NCBI GenBank assembly: GCA_945873755.1 | Contig: CAMCEM010000002.1 | Location: 3,915-67,914 of the forward strand | Length of the DNA: 64,000 nucleotides | Direction: 5' to 3' | DNA from: Chitinophaga pinensis | GTDB taxonomy: Bacteria > Bacteroidota > Bacteroidia > UKL13-3 | Part shown: one piece after another, positions 18,139 to 28,184 of the stretch | How the letters are laid out: each line of letters starts with the position of its first letter | Position numbering within the stretch: position 1 is the stretch's first letter | The notes under the pieces: generated by a model | Database searches by the model: none | The model's input: only the letters and a program-made list of their open reading frames with translations | What the model was told of the DNA's origin: nothing | Translations under genes and position numbers: made by a program

Positions 18139-20199
18139 TTATTGTTCAATATTAAGGGTTATTGCACCATTTTCAAGTACGTTATTTACTAAAATTTTAT
18201 TTTTATTTAAAAAATTTACAAGTCCATTACTTTGTTTTTTAGTTAACTTGGAGCTAATAATTATAGGTGTTTCAATCGATTTTAAAACAGAAGAATCCAA
18301 ATAAGTATAGCCTGTAATTATATTGGTATGGTTTGGTAAAATAGTGTTGCCAATATTGTATTTAACTGAATTTATTTCTACTTGTAAATTATTATTAAAC
18401 GGAATGGTATCAATGTGTTTTATTCCACTTGCCCAAATATGTTGTTGTAAATGAAAATGAAATTTATCTTCATTATTCAACAAAGAAGTATCGGCTATTA
18501 ATGTGCTTTTGATACCATCAACTATTTGCATTGCAAAAGTTTGTTTTATATTATAAATGGTTATAAATTTTTGGTTGCTATTTTTATATTTTTCAACGCC
18601 ACTTACTAAAAAAACCAGTAGAAAAAAAACCAAAGCATATTTAAAATAATATTGTTTTCTATCAATGAAATAATAGGTAATTGAACAAACTGCTATAAAA
18701 ATAAAAATGGTTTCCAATTCACTTATTTGAATTCCTGTAATGTACGAAAATGGAAGTTTTTCGAGCCAAACAACAATAATATTGGTTATATGGATTAGCC
18801 ATTTTACAATAAAACCTAAAAGCACCGCAACAGAATTTAAAAACAATATTCCTTTTGCCAAAGCTGCAAAAAAAATCATACCAATGGCAGCAAATATTAT
18901 AAAAGTAGTAAGTGGAATAATTAATAAATTAGATGCTATAAAATAAATTGGAAACTGATGAAAATATAAAAATCCGAGTGGAAAAGTGACCAATTGCGCA
19001 GCTATAGAAACAGATATAATATTCCATATTTCATTACCAACATAGGAGTTAAATACAACCCATTTTTTAATATATTTTTGAATACTTACAATGCCTAATA
19101 CAGCCAAAAAACTTAACTGAAAACCTACCATTGAAAGCATATTGCTATCATAAATAAGTAAAGCAAATGCCGAAGCGGCCAAAGTATTAAATATATTTGG
19201 TTTTTTGTTTTGAATACTGCCTATCGCAACAAAGCTAAACATTACACTTGCCCTTAAAATAGAAGGCGATAAGCCACATAAAATAGAATACGACCAAATT
19301 ATAAATAAAGAGATAATTGCTTTAATTATTTTTTGATTTTTCTTTTTATCAAGGTGTTTTAGAATTAAATTAATTATCCAAAAAATTAACCCAACATGCA
19401 TACCACTTACAGCTAAAACATGCAGTGTCCCTGTATTTGAATATGCTTTAATTAATTCAGGATCTATGTCGTCATCATACCCATAAAGCAATGCTTTTGA
19501 AATGGCAATTTCAGAACTTGATTTTACATATTTTAATAAAGTAGTATTAAAAAAAGCTTGAGCTTGGTAAGCAATTTGTTGAATAAAATTTCCGCCTTTT
19601 TGTTCTAAAATTATAAAGTTATTAGTATTTAAATATGCTTGTCTGTATATTTGGTTAAAAGCCAAATATCGTTTGTAATTAAATTCGAAAGGATTTTGAG
19701 GTCCACTTATTTCTGTTACGTTGTTCTTAATTAATAACCTTGTTCCGTAAGTAAGTTTAGTAAGTAAAGAGGTATCTTTTTCGAAATATAAAACTAAATA
19801 ACCATCTACTTCATTGGGTTGTTGTTCATTAATAGTTTGTAAAACAGAAACTTTACATTTTATGGAGTTTTGCTTTAATTGGCTTGGTTCTTCTAATTCT
19901 ACTACTAAATAATCTGCCTCAAAATTGGTAAAATGATTGCTATAATTTAAATGATTGTGACAATTGTTTAAAAGAACCCCGCTAAAAAAGAAAAAAAGAT
20001 TGAAAAAAATACCAAATATAAAATCGTAAAAAGCTAGCCTATAAAAGTACCAAATTAAACATAAACATATAAAACTTGTGGCACTTAAAACTAACGACAA
20101 ACCAATAGATAAAGGAAAAAACATATTAATTCCTATACCAATAGTTATTGGAATAATAATTCTTACAAAAGGTATTTGATGCCAATAACCTGCAAACAT
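18139..20199 (-). CDS. comEC: ComEC/Rec2-family competence membrane protein
   Basis: 686 aa and polytopic, with DUF4131-like N-terminal and competence-domain architecture. Confidence 0.7.
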   Translation of the reverse strand: MFAGYWHQIPFVRIIIPITIGIGINMFFPLSIGLSLVLSATSFICLCLIWYFYRLAFYDFIFGIFFNLFFFFSGVLLNNCHNHLNYSNHFTNFEADYLVVELEEPSQLKQNSIKCKVSVLQTINEQQPNEVDGYLVLYFEKDTSLLTKLTYGTRLLIKNNVTEISGPQNPFEFNYKRYLAFNQIYRQAYLNTNNFIILEQKGGNFIQQIAYQAQAFFNTTLLKYVKSSSEIAISKALLYGYDDDIDPELIKAYSNTGTLHVLAVSGMHVGLIFWIINLILKHLDKKKNQKIIKAIISLFIIWSYSILCGLSPSILRASVMFSFVAIGSIQNKKPNIFNTLAASAFALLIYDSNMLSMVGFQLSFLAVLGIVSIQKYIKKWVVFNSYVGNEIWNIISVSIAAQLVTFPLGFLYFHQFPIYFIASNLLIIPLTTFIIFAAIGMIFFAALAKGILFLNSVAVLLGFIVKWLIHITNIIVVWLEKLPFSYITGIQISELETIFIFIAVCSITYYFIDRKQYYFKYALVFFLLVFLVSGVEKYKNSNQKFITIYNIKQTFAMQIVDGIKSTLIADTSLLNNEDKFHFHLQQHIWASGIKHIDTIPFNNNLQVEINSVKYNIGNTILPNHTNIITGYTYLDSSVLKSIETPIIISSKLTKKQSNGLVNFLNKNKILVNNVLENGAITLNIEQ

Positions 20200-20305
20200 T
20201 AAAACAAATAAAAATAAAAATTTGATTACATAAGTTAAAAAAAATGAAATATTAAAACAAAAAATTGTAACAATTGTCTTATAATTGTAAAAATAAAAAT
20301 AAAAA

Positions 20306-20764
20306 ATGGCATACAGTTACATATTAATCATTCATAGTTGGCTTAGATGGGCTTTTTTAATTGCTGCTTTATACGCAATTTTTCGTTCTTTAAATGGAAA
20401 AATGGGCAATAGACCTTTTGGTAAACAAGATATTACAGCTGCCAAACTATTAATTGCATTGACACATACCATGTTGTTACTTGGAATTATTTTATGGTTT
20501 ACTAGTCCTAATATTCAAGGTGCATTATTACAAGGTGCAAAAGTTTTTATGAAAGATGAATATTTAAGATTAATAGTTATAGAACATCCTATCACTAATA
20601 TTTTAGCAGTTATTATTATACAAATTGGAAGAATTAAAAGTAAAAAGGCATACGAAGATTCTGCTAAACATTCTCGCAGTTTAATTTATTATTCAATCGG
20701 ATTAATTTTAATTGTTTCAAGAATTCCTTGGGGCGAATCGCCTTTATTAAGAGGAATAGAATAA
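20306..20764 (+). CDS. Hypothetical membrane protein (about 4 TM)
   Basis: Hydrophobic 152-aa ORF, divergent from comEC. Confidence 0.45.
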   Translation: MAYSYILIIHSWLRWAFLIAALYAIFRSLNGKMGNRPFGKQDITAAKLLIALTHTMLLLGIILWFTSPNIQGALLQGAKVFMKDEYLRLIVIEHPITNILAVIIIQIGRIKSKKAYEDSAKHSRSLIYYSIGLILIVSRIPWGESPLLRGIE

Positions 20765-20766
20765 TA

Positions 20767-21408
20767 TTATTTTGACTTTATTATTTTATTGTTTGCAATA
20801 ATAAAAATTGCTTCTGCTTTTTTATTTTCCATAATTTTTAATCCACTAAAACTACTAAAGGCAGGAAGAATTACATAGTTTTTTGTAAAATAAAAACATG
20901 GGAATTTTAACGATTGTTTTGCCTTTCCTTTTAGTATAATTCCTGGGTGAATGTGACCGTGAATATTAAATAATTCAGCACTTTCCATTGGTTCATGGCT
21001 TAAAATAATTTTATCAATTTTTATTTGATCTAAAACAATAATTCCAGCTTTTTCGAACACTAAATTACCAATTATGTCGTGATTGCCTTTAAGTAAAACA
21101 AATTTAATGGCCTTGTATTTTAAAATAATTGTTTGTAATAATTCCAACTCTGAATTTAACTCAGAATGAAACAAATCGCCAATAAAATAAACAGTATCAG
21201 GATTGGTTTCTTGTAATAAGTTTTCCAAAATTTGGAAATCGTTAGCAGCAACTTCATTGTGTATAGCAATGCCATTTTTTCGAAAATGAGTGGCTTTTCC
21301 AAAATGTAAGTCACCTAAAATTAATGCTTTCTGTTCGAGCCAAAAAATTGCTTTTTGAGGCAATAAAATAAATGTTTGGCCAAATGCAGTATGAGTTAAA
21401 CTACTCAA
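20767..21408 (-). CDS. Calcineurin-like metallophosphoesterase (PdeM-like)
   Basis: GDLHFGK, GDLFH, LLKGNHD and GHIHPG are the metallophosphoesterase motifs I-V. Confidence 0.7.
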   Translation of the reverse strand: MSSLTHTAFGQTFILLPQKAIFWLEQKALILGDLHFGKATHFRKNGIAIHNEVAANDFQILENLLQETNPDTVYFIGDLFHSELNSELELLQTIILKYKAIKFVLLKGNHDIIGNLVFEKAGIIVLDQIKIDKIILSHEPMESAELFNIHGHIHPGIILKGKAKQSLKFPCFYFTKNYVILPAFSSFSGLKIMENKKAEAIFIIANNKIIKSK

Positions 21409-22690
21409 CTATACTAATGCTTTTAGGCTTTCTGTTTTTAAAATAAAAATACATCATGACACCTGCTAAAATTAATGCTAATGAAATTAATTCAGCCTGA
21501 GTGGGGTGTATTCCAAATATAGTATAAGTAGTATTTACCCTTATTTTTTCTATTAAAAAACGTTCTATTCCGTTTATAATCATATAAAAACTAATTAATG
21601 TTCCTGGCTTTGTAAATTTTGCTCTGTATTTCCATAATAAAGCAAATAAAATAATGCAAGTAACGGCTTCCCACAAAGCTGTAGGAAATACTGGATTTGG
21701 TAACATATAACAATGTGCACTATTGCAAACCGACATTTGTACACCTGCATTAATAACATTATTGTGGTAATTAAAAGCCCAAAACCAATCGGGTAAAAAA
21801 CTAAACCCTTCAAAATAAACGGCTTTTACATTTTGTACTGCGCCAAATTCATTTATATAATAATTACTATACAAAGGCAACACACTCGATTCAAAATATC
21901 CGGGAGCTGCTTTAAACATATCTCCTGCGCCATTTAACATATATGCCGAATTTACAACTCCCCAATCTCCATCACCACTTAAATGGCAACCTATTCTTCC
22001 AATTCCGTATGCCAACATTAACCCTGGTGCAATGGCATCGGATAAATGTAAAGGATCAATATTATTTTTACGTGCATAATAAATAATACTGACTGCGGCA
22101 AGTATTAAACCACCATAAAAAGTCAATCCACTAAATGAAATTAATGCATTAAAAGGATCAGCCATTAACTCATCAAAGTTTTCTAAATTATGAAATATTT
22201 TAGCACCTAAAATTCCTGATATTGCACCTATAAAAAGAATATTCCACATGTGGTTATGTGGAAACATTTCTTTCTCAATTTCTTTTGGTTCTTTGTCTTT
22301 TAATTTTTTATTGGCACTATAAATTGTGTAATAACCATAAGCCGCTCCTAAAATTAATCCAACCACATTTCCTTTCATTGAAAGTATAAACTCTTGCGGA
22401 TTGTTTACCAATGCTTGATAATTTAAAATACCTTCCAATACTTTAAAACCAATAAACGACCAAGAAATAACAGCTAAAAACGTTTCTGAACTGGTTGCTT
22501 TTTTATTAATCCATACCTTAATTTTAGTGGAATGTAAAAGACCTAAACCTTCTTTTCTCTTTAATTCGCTAACCGCAGTTATAAATGCTGCTGCAAACGA
22601 TAAGCCCATCATTAACCCAAAAGTTTGAATTGGCAAAGGAATATTTATTCCAAAAATTTCTCTTAAAAAATCACTGAATGTAGCGTACAT
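21401..22690 (-). CDS. lgt: Prolipoprotein diacylglyceryl transferase (long Bacteroidetes form)
   Basis: YGIGRIGCHLSGDGDWG is the Lgt signature region. The N-terminus is Lgt-like and the protein is polytopic. Confidence 0.7.
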   Translation of the reverse strand: MYATFSDFLREIFGINIPLPIQTFGLMMGLSFAAAFITAVSELKRKEGLGLLHSTKIKVWINKKATSSETFLAVISWSFIGFKVLEGILNYQALVNNPQEFILSMKGNVVGLILGAAYGYYTIYSANKKLKDKEPKEIEKEMFPHNHMWNILFIGAISGILGAKIFHNLENFDELMADPFNALISFSGLTFYGGLILAAVSIIYYARKNNIDPLHLSDAIAPGLMLAYGIGRIGCHLSGDGDWGVVNSAYMLNGAGDMFKAAPGYFESSVLPLYSNYYINEFGAVQNVKAVYFEGFSFLPDWFWAFNYHNNVINAGVQMSVCNSAHCYMLPNPVFPTALWEAVTCIILFALLWKYRAKFTKPGTLISFYMIINGIERFLIEKIRVNTTYTIFGIHPTQAELISLALILAGVMMYFYFKNRKPKSISIVE

Positions 22691-22705
22691 AATTTATTAT
22701 TTTAT

Positions 22706-23497
22706 TTAAAAAACAGATTTAGGAACAGGGAATTCATTGTCTAAATCAGTAAGAATATAAGGTTCAGAATTGGTTATACAAATGGTGTGTTCATACTGCG
22801 CTGAAAGTTTACCATCAATAGTTCTAGCGGTCCATTTGTCTTTTTTATCAATTTTAACCCTAGCTTTACCCGCATTTATCATTGGTTCAATAGTAAAAGT
22901 CATACCTGGAACCATTTCGTGTCCTAAATCTTCAGTTCTGTTGTGACCTACTTCTGGCTCCTCGTGAAATTTTAATCCTACTCCATGACCACAAAATTCA
23001 TAAACTATTGAGTAGCCATAATTTTTAATATACTTATCAATGGCATTACCAATAAAACCTATTCTGTTACCGGCTTTGCATTGACTTATTCCAACTGCTA
23101 AACTTTGTTTGGTTACATCAATTAATTTTTGAGCATATTCACTTATTTGTCCAACCCTATACATTTTAGAAGTATCGCCATAATATCCATTTAATATAGT
23201 GGTAACATCTATGTTTAAAATATCGCCTTCGCGCAAAGTATAAGCACCCGGAATGCCATGGCAAACCACATCGTTAACCGAAATACAGGTTTCGGCAGGA
23301 TAACCTCTGTAGCCTAAAGTTGCAGGTATAGCTTGGTTATCGCGCATAAACTGATTACAAATATCATTTAAGTATTTAGTAGAAACGCCTACTTTTACAA
23401 ATGGTTCAACGTTTTTTAAGGTTTGTGCTGCTAATATTGAACTGGCTTTAATCCCTTCAATTTGTTCAGCTGTTTTTATTATTAATTTCTTCGACAC
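22706..23497 (-). CDS. map: Type I methionine aminopeptidase
   Basis: ...VCHGIPG... and the M24A metal-ligand pattern D,D,H,E,E, in 263 aa. Confidence 0.9.
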   Translation of the reverse strand: MSKKLIIKTAEQIEGIKASSILAAQTLKNVEPFVKVGVSTKYLNDICNQFMRDNQAIPATLGYRGYPAETCISVNDVVCHGIPGAYTLREGDILNIDVTTILNGYYGDTSKMYRVGQISEYAQKLIDVTKQSLAVGISQCKAGNRIGFIGNAIDKYIKNYGYSIVYEFCGHGVGLKFHEEPEVGHNRTEDLGHEMVPGMTFTIEPMINAGKARVKIDKKDKWTARTIDGKLSAQYEHTICITNSEPYILTDLDNEFPVPKSVF

Positions 23498-23605
23498 TAT
23501 AAAATCATTTTCAAATATTTGGGCGAAAGTAAGTTAAAATAGAGGGTTTTACAATGATAAGTTTAAACAAAAAATAGTTTTTATCATTCATAAATCTTTT
23601 TACAT

Positions 23606-24769
23606 TTGTTAAAAAAAGCCATGAAACTACTTTTACAAAAAACAATCATTTTAGTAGGCATTTTCTTCTATTCTTTTATTGCGCATGCACAAATTGATGC
23701 TGCTAGTTTTATAAGAACTGGAAAAGATGAAGCAAATAAATTATTTGGGGCTTACTTACAACCAGTATCGCAAGGTTTGGCTAGCGGTGTTAACGATGCT
23801 TGGTATGCAACTGCTAAACCACTTGGTTTTGGAGGATTTGATATAAAAATAGGCTTTGGTGCTTCGTTGGTAAATAATGAATCGAAAAGCTTTACACTTG
23901 CTAGTATTGGTGCAAATACTGACCCTAAAAGTACTTTTTTAATTTCGCCAATTGGTGGCAATATAAATACCAAACAACCAACAATAGTTGGCGATGGTAT
24001 GAGTTCACGTTTTGCCATTTCAACTATTAATCCGTTAGATAGCTCACAAAGATTTTTTGTTGATACAATTAGTCCTTTTGAAGGAACTGGCAGTATTCTT
24101 TCATTAGGAACAACTCCTTTTTTACAGCTAAGTGTTGGTTTAATAAAAGGAACTGAAATTATGATTAGGTTATTGCCTATTCAAAATGGCGATTTTAAAT
24201 CGAGTGGATTTGGATTTGGAATTAAACATTCTTTATCGCAGTGGATTTGGGGCGTTGAAAAACTTCCAATAGATATTTCGGGTATTTTTAGTTTCAATAC
24301 CAATAATTTAGAGCTTTCGTTTGGGAATAATTTTTTAGATGCCAATGGTTCATTACCTGGCAGCTTACCTAGTAGCACTTATAAAAACTCGCAAAAACTG
24401 ACAATCAATAATGTTGGTTATCAATATGGTTTAATAGTATCGAAAAAATTAAGCATTTTTACTCCTTATTTAGGAGTTACTTATAACAGCGCTTCCTCTG
24501 AAATTGCTATGAAAGGAATTTATCCTGTACAATCGATAAGAGTAACAAATAACGCCCCCGAAGAATATACTGAAAACATTACTGACCCAATAAAAATACC
24601 GTCAAAAATAGCAGATTCATATAGGGCTACATTAGGATTTAGGTTGAAATTTGGTCCAATTGCTTGGGGAGTAGAATACAATCACTCGTTTTCTGAAAAA
24701 CAGTTCAATACTTTTAATGCTACTCTTGCCATAAATATTCAACAACTAGCACCTATTTTTAAATTGTAA
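23606..24769 (+). CDS. Hypothetical secreted outer-membrane (beta-barrel-like) protein
   Basis: Signal peptide, alternating amphipathic strands, and a C-terminal aromatic residue. Confidence 0.5.
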   Translation: MLKKAMKLLLQKTIILVGIFFYSFIAHAQIDAASFIRTGKDEANKLFGAYLQPVSQGLASGVNDAWYATAKPLGFGGFDIKIGFGASLVNNESKSFTLASIGANTDPKSTFLISPIGGNINTKQPTIVGDGMSSRFAISTINPLDSSQRFFVDTISPFEGTGSILSLGTTPFLQLSVGLIKGTEIMIRLLPIQNGDFKSSGFGFGIKHSLSQWIWGVEKLPIDISGIFSFNTNNLELSFGNNFLDANGSLPGSLPSSTYKNSQKLTINNVGYQYGLIVSKKLSIFTPYLGVTYNSASSEIAMKGIYPVQSIRVTNNAPEEYTENITDPIKIPSKIADSYRATLGFRLKFGPIAWGVEYNHSFSEKQFNTFNATLAINIQQLAPIFKL

Positions 24770-24787
24770 TTAAGGAATGAATTTTAA

Positions 24788-25171
24788 TTGTATTTATTAA
24801 TTCTTTTTTTAATGAACGATATAGAAACCGAAAACGACATTGACCTTTTAGTTGAAAAATTTTATGCTAAAATTCAACTCAATGAAAACTTAGCTCCATT
24901 TTTTGTAAACACCAATTGGAAGCATCACTTACCTCGAATGAAAGCCTTTTGGTATTTTATTTTATTAGACAAACCTGGTTTTAAGGGAAATATTTACGAT
25001 TCGCATGTTAACAGAAATATAAAAACAGCACATTTTGAGTATTGGGTGGAGCTGTTTATTGAAACAGTAAGCGATAATTTTAAGGGTGAAATAGCCACCA
25101 AAGCCATTGATAAAGCCAAAGAACTTTCTATTTTATTTAGCTGGAAACTAGCAGAAACTGAAGGCAAATAA
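24788..25171 (+). CDS. Group III truncated haemoglobin (protoglobin-like, YjbI family). The true start is probably the internal M at 24812.
   Basis: DLLVEKFYAKIQLNENLAPFF...HLPRMKAFW is a trHb pattern. Confidence 0.6.
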   Translation: MYLLILFLMNDIETENDIDLLVEKFYAKIQLNENLAPFFVNTNWKHHLPRMKAFWYFILLDKPGFKGNIYDSHVNRNIKTAHFEYWVELFIETVSDNFKGEIATKAIDKAKELSILFSWKLAETEGK

Positions 25172-25236
25172 TTTAAATAAATTTCATTTAAAATTTATTT
25201 AGAAAATCTGTATGTTAGTACCAAATTTTTTTAAAG

Positions 25237-26364
25237 TTGGTAAAACACAAATTGCATATCATTCTATTTATTTTTTCTATAATTATTTATAGCAAAAACG
25301 GGTATGCGCAGCCAACTGTTTTGGGCACCGATGCAAGAAATTTTAATTTTTACGAAAGGTTTAACTTAAACAATTTTGGAAAATTAAAACAATATAGATT
25401 TCAATCTTTAGTTAGTTCTTCAGCTGGAGCTGCATTATGGGAATTTCCGAGTGGAGATTCTATTACCCCTAATTACAATATTATTTGGAGACCATATTTT
25501 GCAAATCAAACCATATTTGCATTCGATTCAATAATTTATCCTAATTCTACCCCAATAGTAGGTGCAATGTATAATAACAATTCAACTCCTCCATTTGCAA
25601 ATGGTAATACAGGAAAACTTCCTGCAATTACAGCAAATAGGTACTACACTTTTAATGTGGGCGACTCCACAGGCAATAATTACATGGCAGTTTGGGAAAC
25701 CACTTTTAATCCAACAGTAATTTCGGTAGTTACTCAAAATCCAACAATTGTTTGCCAAGGTGGTGATTCAGTTTCGGTAAATGTAACCTCAAACCAAAGT
25801 TTAAATAGTACCGAAAATGCATATTTAAGGTATTCATTGAGCAGTAACTTTACTACATCAAAATTAGTTCCTATCAATTTTTCAGGTACTGCTGGAATAG
25901 CAAAAATACCAACACCAAGTGCAACTGATACAGTTCGTTTTTATGTATTTACCTCAAAATACAGTTTAACAAAATTAGCACCAAGTGGAATTGTAAATGA
26001 AAGGTATTGCGATATGAGCACATTAACAATAAACAATAATAGCAATAGCAATTACAGCTTTATAGTTATAAATGCCGCTGTTCATAATGTTTCATTTAGC
26101 ACCATCGATTTTTGTGTGGGATTGCCTACCACCTTTACTAATTCCTCATCAATATCAAGCGGAAGTATAGCTAGTTATGATTGGGTATTTGGCGATGGAA
26201 ATACTTCAACCAATTCAGCATCATCTTTTACAAAAACATATAACAGTACAGGAAGTTATTCTGCAACTCTGACTGCTACCAGTAGTTTGGGTTGCCAAAA
26301 AACAAGTACACAAAATATAACAATTAATCCATTACCAACAGTAAACGCAATCAATTCAAATTAA
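25237..26364 (+). CDS. Secreted protein with a C-terminal PKD domain
   Basis: Signal peptide. SYDWVFGDGNTSTN...YSATLTATSSLGC is a PKD motif. Confidence 0.55.
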   Translation: MVKHKLHIILFIFSIIIYSKNGYAQPTVLGTDARNFNFYERFNLNNFGKLKQYRFQSLVSSSAGAALWEFPSGDSITPNYNIIWRPYFANQTIFAFDSIIYPNSTPIVGAMYNNNSTPPFANGNTGKLPAITANRYYTFNVGDSTGNNYMAVWETTFNPTVISVVTQNPTIVCQGGDSVSVNVTSNQSLNSTENAYLRYSLSSNFTTSKLVPINFSGTAGIAKIPTPSATDTVRFYVFTSKYSLTKLAPSGIVNERYCDMSTLTINNNSNSNYSFIVINAAVHNVSFSTIDFCVGLPTTFTNSSSISSGSIASYDWVFGDGNTSTNSASSFTKTYNSTGSYSATLTATSSLGCQKTSTQNITINPLPTVNAINSN

Positions 26365-26377
26365 AAAAAATACAGTT

Positions 26378-27139
26378 ATGAAAATCAATTTAAATTTTAA
26401 AACATCAATACTTTTTATAGTATTACTTTTAGTTAGCTTTTTAGCTAATGCACAAAAAAAAATGTGGACAGGAAAAAGCTATAATTTTACAATCAACGAT
26501 GCTACTAATGTTGGTTCTACTAAAGCTTGGACTTTACAAGGATTGCAAGGTGCTAACTTAATTGGAGGAAGCACAACTACCAACACAGCGTCTTACACCA
26601 ATACTTTTACATTAACAGGTTCATCTGCATTAACTGACACATTGCAAGTATCTGAAACTCTAACAAATTGTGTAACTACAAATAAATTAGGAATTACTGT
26701 ATTTCCCCTTCCAATTTTAGACTCTTCAATAACTAATACTTCTTGTGCAACTCAGGCAAGTGTTCCAACTACTTTAGCAGCAAAAGTTAATAATTTTAGT
26801 AATGTTAAATCAATTACATCAACCAATTTTACATTAACTTATCAATTGTATGATGGTTCAAATAACCCAATATCTGGAATAACGGGAACCTTAACTTTAC
26901 CTGCTGGAACAGCAACAATAGATAGTGTTTCTTTAAGTACCATTCAAATTGGTAATTTATATACTTACTTAAATGCTGTTACAACAATAGCAGGAACATA
27001 TAAATTAAAAATAAATAATTTTCAAACACCATTAACACCACCTTCAACAGAAGCAGGCGCAGTTTCATCTATTTTTGCAACAATAAGAACATTTGTAATA
27101 AACGGTTTACCTGTTTCTAACCCAATTATTGCTAACTAA
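26378..27139 (+). CDS. Secreted hypothetical protein, T/S-rich
   Basis: Signal peptide MKINLNFKTSILFIVLLLVSFLANAQ. No other motif. Confidence 0.5.
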   Translation: MKINLNFKTSILFIVLLLVSFLANAQKKMWTGKSYNFTINDATNVGSTKAWTLQGLQGANLIGGSTTTNTASYTNTFTLTGSSALTDTLQVSETLTNCVTTNKLGITVFPLPILDSSITNTSCATQASVPTTLAAKVNNFSNVKSITSTNFTLTYQLYDGSNNPISGITGTLTLPAGTATIDSVSLSTIQIGNLYTYLNAVTTIAGTYKLKINNFQTPLTPPSTEAGAVSSIFATIRTFVINGLPVSNPIIAN

Positions 27140-28184
27140 AAAAAAGCTTTCACTGAAATTTAAATTATTAATATTATTTTTAAGTTTTACTTTATTTACT
27201 TCACTTAAAAGCAAAGCACAATACATTGATACGGTATGTGCTGGCGAAACAAATGTGAGGTACAAAGTAGCTTTAACTCCTGGTTCAACTTTTGTTTGGC
27301 AGGTGAACGGAGGAACTATTGCCAACGGACAAGGAACAAATGATATAGGAATAGATTGGGGTTTGATTCCAGGAATTTATGATTTAACAGTTACCGAATC
27401 AAATGCATCAAATTGTGTGGGTGATGAAATTTTAGTAAAAATATTAATTCAAACAAAACCTGTTGCTACTATCTCTGGGCCAGATACCGTTTGTGTGGGA
27501 CAAGACTTTACCTTACAAGCATTTGGAGGACAAAATTATTTGTGGAGCAATGGCAATACTGGCAATGCGCTTTTTCAAAAAATAACTCAATCAACGCAAT
27601 ATTATGTAATAGGAAAAAATTTAGTTTGCGACACTGATACTGCATTTAAAAACGTATTTGCTGCACCAAAACCAAGTGCTAATTTTAACTTAAACATTAA
27701 TGATGATTGGATAAAAGGCGATGAAATAGTTTTTACAGCTACAGACCAAAGTATATCTAAATGGATTTGGGAACTGAATGGAAACAGTTTAAACCAAAAC
27801 CAAAATCAAATAAAATATACTTTTAATACAACAGGAAATTATACGATGTTTTTAACAGCCTTCAATAGTTTTAATTGTTCCGACACTTTTTCTATAAACA
27901 GAAATGTTTTTGATAGATTAGATATTTATGTACCAACCGCATTTACACCAAATAACGACTTTTTAAACGATGTATTTGAACCTGTTGGTGTCAATTATTC
28001 AACTTATACTTTATACATTTACGACCATTTTGGTGGCTTACTGTATGAAGGAATAGATAAAGGTTGGGATGGAAACTACAAAGGAAACTTAATGCCTTCG
28101 GCCAATTATTCGTATAAAATTAACTTTACTAAATTAAACGGAAAAAGAAAATTGGTTGATGGAAATGTAATGTTGGTGAATTAA
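27129..28184 (+). CDS. Secreted protein with a gliding-motility-associated (T9SS type-B, CHU_C) C-terminal domain
   Basis: YVPTAFTPNNDFLNDVFEPVG...GWDGNYKGN...SANYSY is the type-B CTD signature. Confidence 0.7.
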   Translation: MLTKKKLSLKFKLLILFLSFTLFTSLKSKAQYIDTVCAGETNVRYKVALTPGSTFVWQVNGGTIANGQGTNDIGIDWGLIPGIYDLTVTESNASNCVGDEILVKILIQTKPVATISGPDTVCVGQDFTLQAFGGQNYLWSNGNTGNALFQKITQSTQYYVIGKNLVCDTDTAFKNVFAAPKPSANFNLNINDDWIKGDEIVFTATDQSISKWIWELNGNSLNQNQNQIKYTFNTTGNYTMFLTAFNSFNCSDTFSINRNVFDRLDIYVPTAFTPNNDFLNDVFEPVGVNYSTYTLYIYDHFGGLLYEGIDKGWDGNYKGNLMPSANYSYKINFTKLNGKRKLVDGNVMLVN